Assembly: GCA_036785375.1 (NCBI GenBank)
Contig: JAWMAR010000203.1
Location: 3,968,001-4,032,000, forward strand
Source of the DNA: Leucoraja ocellata
Lineage: Eukaryota
Reading direction: 5' to 3'
DNA length: 64,000 bases
Numbering within the stretch: position 1 is the stretch's first letter; each line of letters starts with the position of its first letter. Below are positions 37,537-48,213 of the stretch, piece by piece. Position numbers and translations under genes: made by a program. Below the pieces are notes generated by a model. The model was not told the origin of the DNA. It did not search any database and saw only the letters and a program-made list of their open reading frames with translations.

Positions 37537-37582
37537 CAGCAGAAGCGAACAGGATGGAAAACACCAGATGTTTGAAGTACAT
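37537..37582 (-). CDS. B7/butyrophilin-like gene, signal-peptide exon (MYFKHLVFSILFASA)
   Basis: Acceptor tacttctatttcag 4 nt before the ATG, hydrophobic leader, phase-1 donor G|GTAAGT joining the IgV exon in frame (...ASA-D-AFITC). Confidence 0.72.
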
Positions 37583-38819
37583 TATTCTGAAATAGAAGTA
37601 ACAACTGGTTAGAATGGAGGAGAGCAAGTATTTAAAGTCAACCTGAATGATCACAAAAGCTTAAAAAGAGTTCATTTCCCTAGACACTTTGTCCGAGCAC
37701 ATTATCGCACACGCATGCAAGCCGTCTTAAATGACTACCTAAACTGTCATTTGGCAACCTAAAAAGCTGCCTAGGTTGCCCGGCTGGCATTAGAGAAAAA
37801 AAAGTTAAGTGAGAGCCATGCTGTTGGTCAAGACAACTACTCATAAATATCAAAGATAGACACAAAGTGCTGGAGTAACTCAGCTTCTGTTGAGAAAAGG
37901 AGTATGTGGCATTTCGGGTCGAAAGCCTTCTTCAGCAGTTCTGACTTCCCTACCATCGAGGGGCTCTATCGCAGTCGCTGCCTCAAGAAGGCTGGCAGCA
38001 TCATCAAGGACCCACACCATCCTGGCCACACACTCATCTCCCTGCTACCTTCAGGTAGAAGGTACAGGAGCCTGAAGACTGCAACATCCAGGTTCAGAAA
38101 CAGCTTTTTCACCACAACCATCAGGCTATTGAACTCAACTCAAACAAAACTTTGAACATTAATAGCCCATTATCTGTTTTATTTATTCATGCATGTATAT
38201 ATTTATATAATGGTATATGGACACACTGATCTGTTCTGTATATATTTGCAGACTGTTCTATATTCTGTTGTGCAAAGCAAGAATTTCATTTTTCTATCTG
38301 GGAATAACAATAAACTCTCTTGAATCATGAATAATTCCTTCCACCACCTAAAACAAAGGTTTAAAAACTCTTACAAAAGATAAATAATGCTTGATGCAAC
38401 TCAGCAATAAATGGAAACAAAGGCAATTAAATTTCTGGTGGCAGCGGGGTCTTCAACATGAAATTTTGGCCCAGTGTGATCTCCCCACCCATGCTGCCCG
38501 ACCTACTGAGTTTCCAACATTTTCTGCTGATATTTTAGGTTTCCAGCATCCACGGTGTTTATTTAGGCCTAATATCCCAACGCCTTGCCTATACTTCATT
38601 ACTGTGCTACAATGATTAAATAAACTTAGTAGACAGACATGCAATATTAACATAACAGATATAACAAATATATATTTACAACTGGAATTATAATTACAAA
38701 ACATTGACACGGAATACGTACATTTATGAAAAGTCAGCCCCAGCATCAACAAATGTGCCCTAAACCTTTTCACTCTGGCTGTACGTTGAGATGAGGAAGT
38801 TAAAATTGATACATAATCA

Positions 38820-39030
38820 GGTCCGGCCCAATCCGATGCCAGATTGCCGGCTACGTCACTAGTTGCGAGGCAGAGGAGAGATTCACAGGTTGCAAAACGT
38901 TCTCCTCCTGCTGCAGATTGCGCCTGCGCGCAGTTGGCATCGCGCCGGCGTTTACCAGTACCGCTACTGCGCCTGCGCTCACCCGGCACCAGGGTGTGCT
39001 CACCCACCACTGCGCCTGCGGTGCCGGCAC
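38820..39030. promoter_or_regulatory. CpG-rich promoter-like region with three NRF1-like TGCGCCTGCG motifs
   Basis: Motifs at 38919, 38968 and 39011; CRE-like TACGTCAC near 38852; ~1.3 kb upstream of the signal-peptide exon. Confidence 0.5.
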
Positions 39031-39714
39031 TCCCCCCCCCCTTTCCTAACCTTCAATCCAATCCAGCCTTTGTGGACCGTCCCGTCCAGTCCACAGGGAA
39101 CCTCCTTCTGTCGCAGTGTTTATATCATTTTAATAACATTTTTCATTTGTAAAATATTTATGTTGATGTTATACTTTTTAGATTATTCGTTTATTAAATT
39201 TTGAGTTGATTGGCCAGAATAATCAAAACAGTATACTGAGGGATACATATTGATAAATGTTGCTTTATTTTTAATACACTAATGTCTACAAGATAAGCAC
39301 TGACCAGTTCCAATTGCACTGCACTCTGCATGAAACGTATCCGGTTTTGGTGCAGTCAATGCGTATCTGAAACTTAAAACACAATGACTTGAATATTCAA
39401 ATATGTGAGGCTGGTAAGTTAGTGGAATTTATCAAAAAGTTTGTCATGAATCACATGCATTAATGTCAATGTCTCAGTTGATTTTCGGTGTTGCAATGGG
39501 TTAGGTTACAGTGACTGTCTGGCCAAAGTCGTGAAATGGAAACAGAAAGTCAGAAACGAAACTTAGTGGTGTTTCCCCACAAACGAAACTTAGGGACATT
39601 TTTCGCTGTGTGTGTGGTACAATCTGGATCAGCAGAATCTTGATCGTTTGGCAGTTGGGCTGAAGAATGGTTGATGTAATACAGTGAAATGTAAGGTGTT
39701 GATAAAAGGACATA

Positions 39715-39943
39715 TCTTTACTCAGAGAGTGGTAGCTGTGTGGAATGAGCTTCCAGTGAAGGTGGTGGAGGCAGGTTCGTTTTTATCATTTAAAAATAAA
39801 TTGGATAGTTATATGGATGGGAAGGGAATGGAGGGTTATGGTCTGAGCGCAGGTATATGGGACTAGGGGAGATTATGTGTTCGGCACAGACTAGAAGGGT
39901 CGAGATGGCCTGTTTCCGTGCTGTAATTGTTATATGGTTATAT
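39715..39943 (+). mobile_element. CR1 3' end with (GTTATATG)n tail
   Basis: Same tail as 7871-9155; GACATA duplicated at both sides. Confidence 0.88.
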
Positions 39944-40120
39944 GACATAGTTCAGTAATGTTACAACATTTTGAGACTTAAAAATTAAGTCTGCAATTTA
40001 TCCCATCAGATAAACCATAAAAATAAGTAAATTGAAACCTAATTCACTTTCATATCTTCAGTATTTAAAATGTTATGGCCATTTTCATACTCAGAAATTA
40101 GCATCTTGTTCCATATTGCT

Positions 40121-42554
40121 AGATGCAGGAAGATTGTCCCCGATGTTGGGGAAGTCCAGAACAAGGGGTCACAGTTTAAGGATAAAGGGGAAATCTTTTA
40201 GGACCGAGATGAGAAAAACATTTTTCACACGGAGAGTGGTGAATAGAAACATAGAAATTAGATGCAGGAGTAGGCCATTCGGCCCTTCGAGCCTGCACCG
40301 CCATTCAATATGATCATGGCTGATCATCCAACTCAGTATCCCGTACCTGCCTTCTCTCCATACCCTCTGATCCCCTTAGCCACAAGGGCCACATCTAACT
40401 CCCTGTTAAATATAGCCAATGAACTGGCCTCGACTACCCTCTGCGGCAGAGAGTTCCAGAGATTCACCACTCTCTGTGTGAAAAAAGTTCTTCTCATCTC
40501 GGTTTTAAAGGATTTCCCCCTTATCCTTAAGCTGTGACCCCTTGTCCTGGAATCTCTGGAATTCTCTCCCGCAGAAGGTAGTTGAGGCCAGTTCATTGGC
40601 TATATTTCAGATTCAGATTCAGATTCAGATTCAATTCAGATTCAGATTCAATTTTAATTGTCATTGTCAGTGTACAGTACAGAGACAACGAAATGCATTA
40701 GCATCTCCCTTGAAGAGCAACATAGCAAACGATTTGAATAAAAATAATAAGTGGGGGGGGGGGGGTGTGGTGATTGGCAGTCACCGAGGTACGTCGTTGA
40801 GTAGAGTGACAGCCGCCGGAAAGAAGCTGTTCCTCCACCTGCTGGTTCGGCAACGGAGAGACCTGTAGCGCCTCCCGGATGGTAGGAGGGTAAACAGTCC
40901 ATGGTTGGGGTGAGAGCAGTCCTTGGCGATGCTGAGCGCCCTCCGCAGACAGCGCTTGCTTTGGACAGACTCAATGGAGGGGAGCGAGGAACCGGTGATG
41001 CGTTGGGCAATTTTCACCACCCTCTGCAATGCCTTCCGGTCGGAGACAGAGCAGTTGCCATACCATACTGTGATGCAGTTGGTAAGGATGCTCTCGATGG
41101 TGCAGCGGTAGAAGTTCACCAGGATCTGAGGAGACAGATGGACCTTCTTCAGTCTCCTCAGGAAGAAGAGACGCTGATGAGTCTTCTTGATCAGAGTAGA
41201 GGTATTGTGGGTCCAAGAGAGGTCATCAGAGATGTTGACTCCCAGGAACCTGAAGCTAGAAACACGTTCCACCTCCGTTACGTTAATGTGGATGGGGGTG
41301 TGCATGCCGCCTCTGGACTTCCTGAAGTCTACAACGAGCTCCTTGGTCTTCTTGGAGTTACGGGCCAGGTTGTTGTCAGCGCACCATGCTGCTAAGTGCT
41401 GGACCTCCTCCCTGTAGGCCAGCTCATCGTTGTTGCTGATGAGGCCAATCACCGTTGTATCATCTGCATAATTGATGATGGTGTTAGTACCATGTACACG
41501 TGTGCAGTCATAGGTGAAGAGGGAGTAGAGGAGGGGGCTCAGCACACAGCCCTGAGGAACGCCGGTATTCAGGGTGAGGGTTGAAGAGGTGTGCTTGTCT
41601 AACCTCACAGACTGGGGTCTGTTGGTTAGAAAGTCCAGTATCCAGTTGCAGAGGGAGGGGTCGATGCCCAGGTTACCGAGTTTGGTGATCAGTTTTGATG
41701 GAATAATGGTGTTGAATGCTGAGCTGTAATCGATGAACAGCATTCTTACGTAAGTGTCTCTTGTCGAGGGCGGAGTGAAGTGCCGTTGAGATGGCATCCT
41801 CCGTACTCCTGTTCTTGCGGTAGGCAAACTGATAGGGATCCAGTGTGGGGGGTAGGCAGCTTTTGAGGTGTGCCAGGACCAGCCGCTCGAAGCACTTGGT
41901 GATGATGGGGGTAAGTGCAACTGGGCGGAAGTCGTTAAGGGTTGCCGCAGCGGAGTGTTTTGGCACTTGCACGATGGAGGTGGCTTTAAGGCAAGTGGGG
42001 ACAACTGCTTGGGCATGTGACAGGTTGAAGATGTCAGTCCAGACGTCTGTCAGCTGCGCAGCACAGGCCCTGAGCACGCGCCCGGGGATGCCGTCAGGGC
42101 CAGCAGCCTTACGTGCATTAGTCCTACTCAGTGCCACGTACACGTCGTAGGGGGTGAGTGTGAGGGGTTGGTGATCGGCAGGTAGCACAGCCTTGATGGC
42201 TGTCTCTAGATTGTTCCTGTCGAAGCGGCCATAGAAGTGATTAAGCTCCTCAAGGAAGGAGGCGTCGCTGGATGTGGGGGTGATGTTGGAGGGTCTGTAG
42301 TCCATGATGGCCTGGATGCCTTGCCACATGCGTCGGGGGTCGGAGTTGTTGTTGAAGTGCTCCTCAATCCTGAGCTTATGGCAGTGCTTGGCCTATATTT
42401 AAGAGGGAGTTAGATGTGGCTAAAGGGGTCAGGGGGTATGGAGAGAAGGCAGGTACAGGATACTGAGTTGGATGATCAGCCATGATCATATTGAATGGTG
42501 GTGCAGGCTCGAAGGGCCGAATGGCCTACTTCTGCACCTATTTTCTATGTTTCT
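40121..42554 (+). mobile_element. CR1 3' fragment hosting an inverted CR1 3' end (40244-40548) and a Rex1 (40608-42392)
   Basis: TSD ATATTGCT (40113-40120, 42555-42562); CR1 tail sequence resumes after each insert. Confidence 0.85.
40608..42392 (-). mobile_element. Rex1/Babar retrotransposon, 5'-truncated
   Basis: ORFs 41673-42329 and 40781-42016 ([30 protein letters not shown]); (GAATCT)n tail; TSD CTATATTT. Confidence 0.93.
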
Positions 42555-42565
42555 ATATTGCTTTT

Positions 42566-45500
42566 ACTGCTATCCCAGCCTGTTCCTAACGAACGCCAGA
42601 TCCCTCGCTAACAAGATGGATGAACTGAGGCTACAGACTGCAGCTAACAACGTCGTGAAGGACAGCAGTATCCTGTTGATCACGGAGACCTGGCTTCATT
42701 CTCTCATCCAGGACTCTGCTATCGAGCTAGCAGGCTACACAGCACAGCGTCATGATAGGACAAGAGACTCTGGTAAGAGCAGAGGTGGAGGGCTCTGTGT
42801 GTACGTGAATAACACCTGGTGTACAAACACAGTGATTGTGGACAGTCACTGCTCCCCGAACCTGGAGTATGTGACTGTTAAATGCAGGCCCATTTACCTC
42901 CCTAGAGAGTTTACTGTTGTCATGATAACTGCTGTGCACATACCACCGGATGCTAATGCTAACTCGGCTATTGGTCATTTGTATGGTAGCATTAGCAGTC
43001 AACAGAGTATATATCCTGACGGTGTTCACATCATAGCAGGGGACTTTAATCACGCGGACTTGAAGAAAATGCTGCCCAAATTCTACCAGCACGTTAAATG
43101 TGCTACAAGAGGAGCTAACACCCTGGACAAGGTCTACTCCAACATCAAGCTGGGCTACAGGGCTAGACCACTACCACACCTGGGCCAGTCTGACCATATG
43201 TCCCTGCTCTTAATTCCTGCATATTACCTGCATAATTCCTGCATATTACCTGGCGGCGGCAGCGGAGACCTGACTCGGCCTCTGAGCTGTGGCGAGGCAG
43301 CGACCACCCGCGGAGTTCGAACCGTCGCCTCGGCGCAGAGGGAGAACAAAGAGGGAAGAGCCAGAGACTTTAAGATTTTGCCTTCCACCACAGTGAGGAG
43401 GTGTTTGGTGAACTCACTGTGGTGGATGTTAAATTTGTGTTGACTATGTGTTTTGTCATTTTTTTTAAATTATATGTATGACTGCAGGGAAACAGAATTT
43501 CGTTCAGACCAAATGGTCTGAATGACAATAAACGAATCTAATCTAATCTAATCTAATCTAATCATATGCCCCCCTCAGGAAAACCACTCCTACTATTACA
43601 AAGACCATCACAACCTGGCCTGATGGTGCTTCTCAGCAGCTGCAGGACTGTTTCGACAGGACCAACTGGGAGGTGTTTGAACACCAGGACCTGGAGGTGT
43701 TCACAGACAGTGTACTGTGTTACATTAAAAACTGCATGGACACGGTCACAGTGGACAAACGCATCCGGGTCTACCCCAACCAGAAGCCCTGGATGACCCG
43801 GGAGGTCCAGCGGCTGTTGAAAGAGAGGAACACCGCTTATAGGTCTGGCGACAGGGCTTTATACAGCACGGCCCGAGCTAACCTGAAGAGAGGCATCAGA
43901 GAGGCCAAATCAAACTACAGGAGGAAGATAGAGGACCATCTGGACAGTAATAACAGCAGGCAGGTGTGGCAGGGGATCCAGTATCTCACCAACTATAAGA
44001 CCAACCTTGGAGCTGTTGAAGGTGACGCCTCGCTGGCAGAGGAGCTGAACCACTTCTTTGCTCGCTTTGAAGTGGAGCCACCCGAGACAGCCACATCACA
44101 GCACAGGGTCCACAGCAGCCTAACCCTCAAGATAGAGGAGCATGAGGTGAGGCGCACGCTGCGGGCCATCAATCCAAGGAAGGCTACTGGACCTGACGGC
44201 GTCTCTGGACGCGTGTTGAAGGACTGCGCAGACCAGCTGGCTGGAGTCTTTACAAGGATTTTTAACCAGTCTCTGGCCCAGTCCACTGTTCCACCCTGTC
44301 TGAAGTCCTCCACCATAGTCCCCTTGCCCAAAAAAACCAACATCTCCAGCCTCAACGACTACCGGCCAGTCGCACTCACACCAGTGGTGATGAAGTGTTT
44401 TGAAAAACTGGTCCGGGGTCATATCACATCACTCCTGCCTCGAAGCTTTGACCCCCACCAGTTTGCGTACAGAGCAAATAGATCTACAGAGGACGCTGTA
44501 GCCACAGCTCTCCATGCTGCACTGTCTCACCTGGAGCAGCGGGGGAGCTACGTGCGGATGCTCTTTGTGGACTACAGCTCTGCTTTTAATACCATCCTTC
44601 CCCACAAACTGGTGGACAAACTGGGGGACTTGGGACTTCCACACTCCACCTGTACGTGGATAAATAGCTTCCTGTCGGGTCGCAGCCAGAGAGTCAGAGT
44701 GGGCCATCACACATCCACGGCCCTCAGCCTCAGTACCGGCTCTCCACAGGGCTGCGTACTGAGCCCCCTGCTCTACACCATCTACACACATGACTGCACC
44801 CCCGCCCACCACAGCAACACCATTGTCAAATTTGCGGATGACACTACGGTGGTGGGACTCATCTCCGGGGGGGGACGAGTACGCCTACCGGGATGAGGTG
44901 GAGCAGCTGACAGTGTGGTGTGAAGAAAATAACCTGCTCCTCAACACCTTAAAGACAAAGGAAGTAATAATAGACTTCAGGAAGAATAAAACGGACATGG
45001 TACCATTGACTATCAGAGGGGACTGTGTAGAGAGGGTGGCGGATTTCCGCTTCCTGGGAATCCATATTGAGGAGGACCTGACGTGGAGCGTGAACACCAC
45101 TGCGCTGCTGAACAAGGTCCAGCAGAGACTGCACTTCCTGAGGGTGCTCAGGAAGAATAACATCACTCAGAGACTGCTGCTGTCCTTTTATCGGTGCTCT
45201 ATTGAGAGCATACTAACTTACTGTGTATGCGTGTGGTACACCAGCTGCGCAGCGGCTCAGAGGAAAGCGCTCCAGAGGGCCATTGACAACGCCCAGAGGA
45301 TTGTCGGCTGCCCTCTCCTTACCTTGGAGGACTTACACAGTTCCCGCTGCACCAGAAAATCCCAGAGCATCATAAAGGACATTTCCCACCCCGGACACTC
45401 CCTGTTTGAACTGTTGCCGTCAAGGACAAGGACGAACAGACTAAAAAACAGTTTTTACCCCACTGCTATAAAAACACTAAATGTAGCCGCCAAGGAACGC

Positions 45501-45738
45501 AGGGGCGATACATACTAAGGGACTGTGGTACACTGTGAAATTGACAGAAGGATGGAGGGTTGGGTGTTTATGCGTGCTATTTTCGTGATATTTATTTAGT
45601 TGTTTATCTTTTAATATTTTACCTTGTATGTATCGTTAGCTTTTAGAAATGTTTGAATGGTGCACTGACTGGCTGACATTTTTAAATTTTGTTGTACATG
45701 GTTCATGTTACAATGACAATAAAGAAACTATTCTATTC
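42566..45738 (+). mobile_element. Rex1/Babar retrotransposon, near-complete APE plus RT ORF
   Basis: NARSLANK, ITETWL, AGDFN and GQSDH (APE); RT in ORFs 43673-44896 and 44790-45518; (TATTC)n tail. Confidence 0.93.
43225..43562 (+). mobile_element. Short non-coding retroposon with Rex1-type 3' end
   Basis: TSD CATAT; ends gaatgacaataaac(gaatc/taatc)n; partial second copy at ~50985-51120. Confidence 0.75.
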
Positions 45739-46080
45739 ATATTCTTTTCCATTGAATTAACTCAAAAGCTGTGATCGAGGACAGTCAAAAGCCCATAACT
45801 TTCTTAAAAGTTATTATAGATTGAAGCATTCGGAAACAAATATTAAACAATCTTACTTGGATGACCTGAAATTCAAGCATATAATTAGTTAGTTACCTAA
45901 TTGTAGCTAATTACAAAATTGACCGTTGTAACAGAAATAGTAATAAACACCCAGACTGTTTTGAAAAATCAAAAATGTGATATTCTCAAGATCATAACTT
46001 TAATATTATTGTATTATATGCTGTGTCAGTTATAGATAGGTAAATAATTTACAATTTCTAGCAAAAGACCAAGTCTTTAT

Positions 46081-46680
46081 CGTTGGTACACAAAATGCTA
46101 GAGAAACTCAGCGGGTGCAGCAGCTTCTATGGAGAGAAGGAAATAGGCGACGTTTCGGGCCGAAACCCTTCTTTATCGTTTCTTGGTCCTCCAAAATATT
46201 CCAAATGGAATTTAAACTGGAGGTGGTGAAGGGAGGGCTTAAATCAGAAAGGGTTATTGGGAAGAAAGAGCTACTTTAAATTTAATTGGATCTGGTTGGG
46301 TAACTATAGTTGGGTGGAGATTATTCCATGCTTTAATTGTGCGGGGGAAGAACAAATTGTTGTATACATTTGTCTTTGTAACTGGGATCACAAATTGGAT
46401 CGCATGCCCTCGTCTGCCCCTAATTGGTTTGGTTTTGTGTAGGTCTTGTAGTCTATGTCGAGCTGACCATTTAACATTTCGTAAAAACAGGTCAAACGGT
46501 GAGCTTCACGTCTGTCTTGGAGAGGGTTCCACCCCAGAGAATTCAGAAGTTTGGTGACACTCGCTTCTCTCTCATAGGTGTTAGTAACAAACCGAGCTGC
46601 CTGTCTTTGGACACGTTTGATGGAAGAAATGTTTTTATTTGTGTATGGGTCCCATGCTGCAACTGCGTAGTCCAAATGAT
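46081..46680 (-). mobile_element. CR1-clade LINE 3' end (46179-46680) plus a Penelope pLTR fragment (46081-46175)
   Basis: LDYAVAAWDPY...VQRQAARFV...LQDRR; ctttatcgtt duplicated around the pLTR piece. Confidence 0.78.
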
Positions 46681-47315
46681 GGAGAAGATCAGTTGCTAGC
46701 TGGTACATTGGCATATCAAAATCAGTAGCATCATCATATTCCTCAGATTGCAACCAGTAGGCAACTGTACACCTTGTTTTTCCTCAACTTTTCAATTTTG
46801 GCATTGTAAACTACAAGTTTTTGCTCTTCAAACCACGCATGACATGTCTTTCTGCCCACAACTTTCCCATTAAGAATGTACTGTAGATCATCACATTTGG
46901 AGTAGTCCAAATTCGGATAATCTTTGCGAATGCTGTTTAAATCGGCCTCTTTCTATTTTTGTCCTCGCTTTTTCCTCTCTTTCGTATCCCGAGCATGCTC
47001 CTTACCTTTCTGTCGCTTGATGATTTCTGCTCTCAATTGCTTCTGTTTTTTATTCTGTCTTTTCCTCTGCACTCTCCCCCATGTCACTGCCTTACAGAGC
47101 ACCTCCTCCCTACGATGCTCCTCGTGATTATCAAGGGAATTGACTGTTCTATTCTTGCAGGCCCGCATCGTACAGACAAATAACACATGGTGGCATTGGG
47201 AGATTTCTGTTTCGATGAGCTAATCATCCCCATTATCTCTTCCGCATCAATGTTGTGTGTTCTTGCTGATGCAGTCTCCTCCTTCAGTTTCTCAGTTACA
47301 TCATGTACAAAGTAT

Positions 47316-48213
47316 AGGGAGGTTTCACGGCAATCGGGTCATGACCCATGACCCGTGCCGTTGCTACGCTACTCCAAATGGATTACACGCAATGAACTGC
47401 AGGTAGGCACTTACCATTGTTTCCAGGGTAGAGGGCCCATTAAAACCCGCCGCAATTGTCAATTTTTGCCCTGTAAATAATTATGGAAATCGGGATAAGC
47501 GTGAGAGACATTTAGCCTACTTCAGGATTCCAAAAGTGAGGAGAAATGACGGTAGATAGAAGCGAGAGCTGAAGGGACAACAACAGCCAGAGTGCTTAGC
47601 GAACATTGGCCGTTTGCTCACTGCATGTCATCAACAGTAAGTCATGTTAGTGTTTTTTCTTGATTCCTTTGGCATCTAAAAAGTTTCAGAAGTGATAAAT
47701 CTGTCTGTAAATTTTTTTAATCGCCCATGGTTCTCAAGTGGGGTTTTACATACAAAATGAAAACGCATCTGAAGAAAAATTTACAGCCAGATTTATCACT
47801 TCTGAGACTTTTTAGATGCCAATGGAATCAAGAAAAAACACAAATAATGCCTTACTTGATGAAATGCAGTGAGCAAACGCGATAATTCCCAATATTTTCA
47901 ATTCCGATATCTGCACATCCAATGTTCGCCAAGCACTTTAGCTACTGTTATCCCTTCAGCTCTCGCTTCCCTTTACCTTATTTCGTTTCACTTCTGGAAT
48001 TCTGAAGTTGGGTACATGTCTCTCACACTTACCCCGACTTCCACAATTTTTTACAGCACAAAAATTAAACATTTTGGCGTTTTTTAACAGGTAGGAAAGT
48101 ACGCGTTTCTTGCATTAATATCATATACCGGAAGTGAAGGATGTCCTCCAGATGGATTGAGCGGCTCCGTGCGTCAAGCCCTATGACCCAGTGACCTTAC
48201 GTGCAACCCCCCT
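47316..48213. mobile_element. Largely palindromic MITE with 2-bp AT TSD (ISL2EU/PHIS-like)
   Basis: Termini AGGGAGGTTTCACG...CGTGCAACCCCCCT; removing it plus one AT restores the host transposase frame. Confidence 0.8.

Noticed and set aside
43243-43260. atattacctggc resembling the U1 snRNA 5' end
   Set aside because: Similarity is only ~12 nt and is explained by duplicated target sequence.
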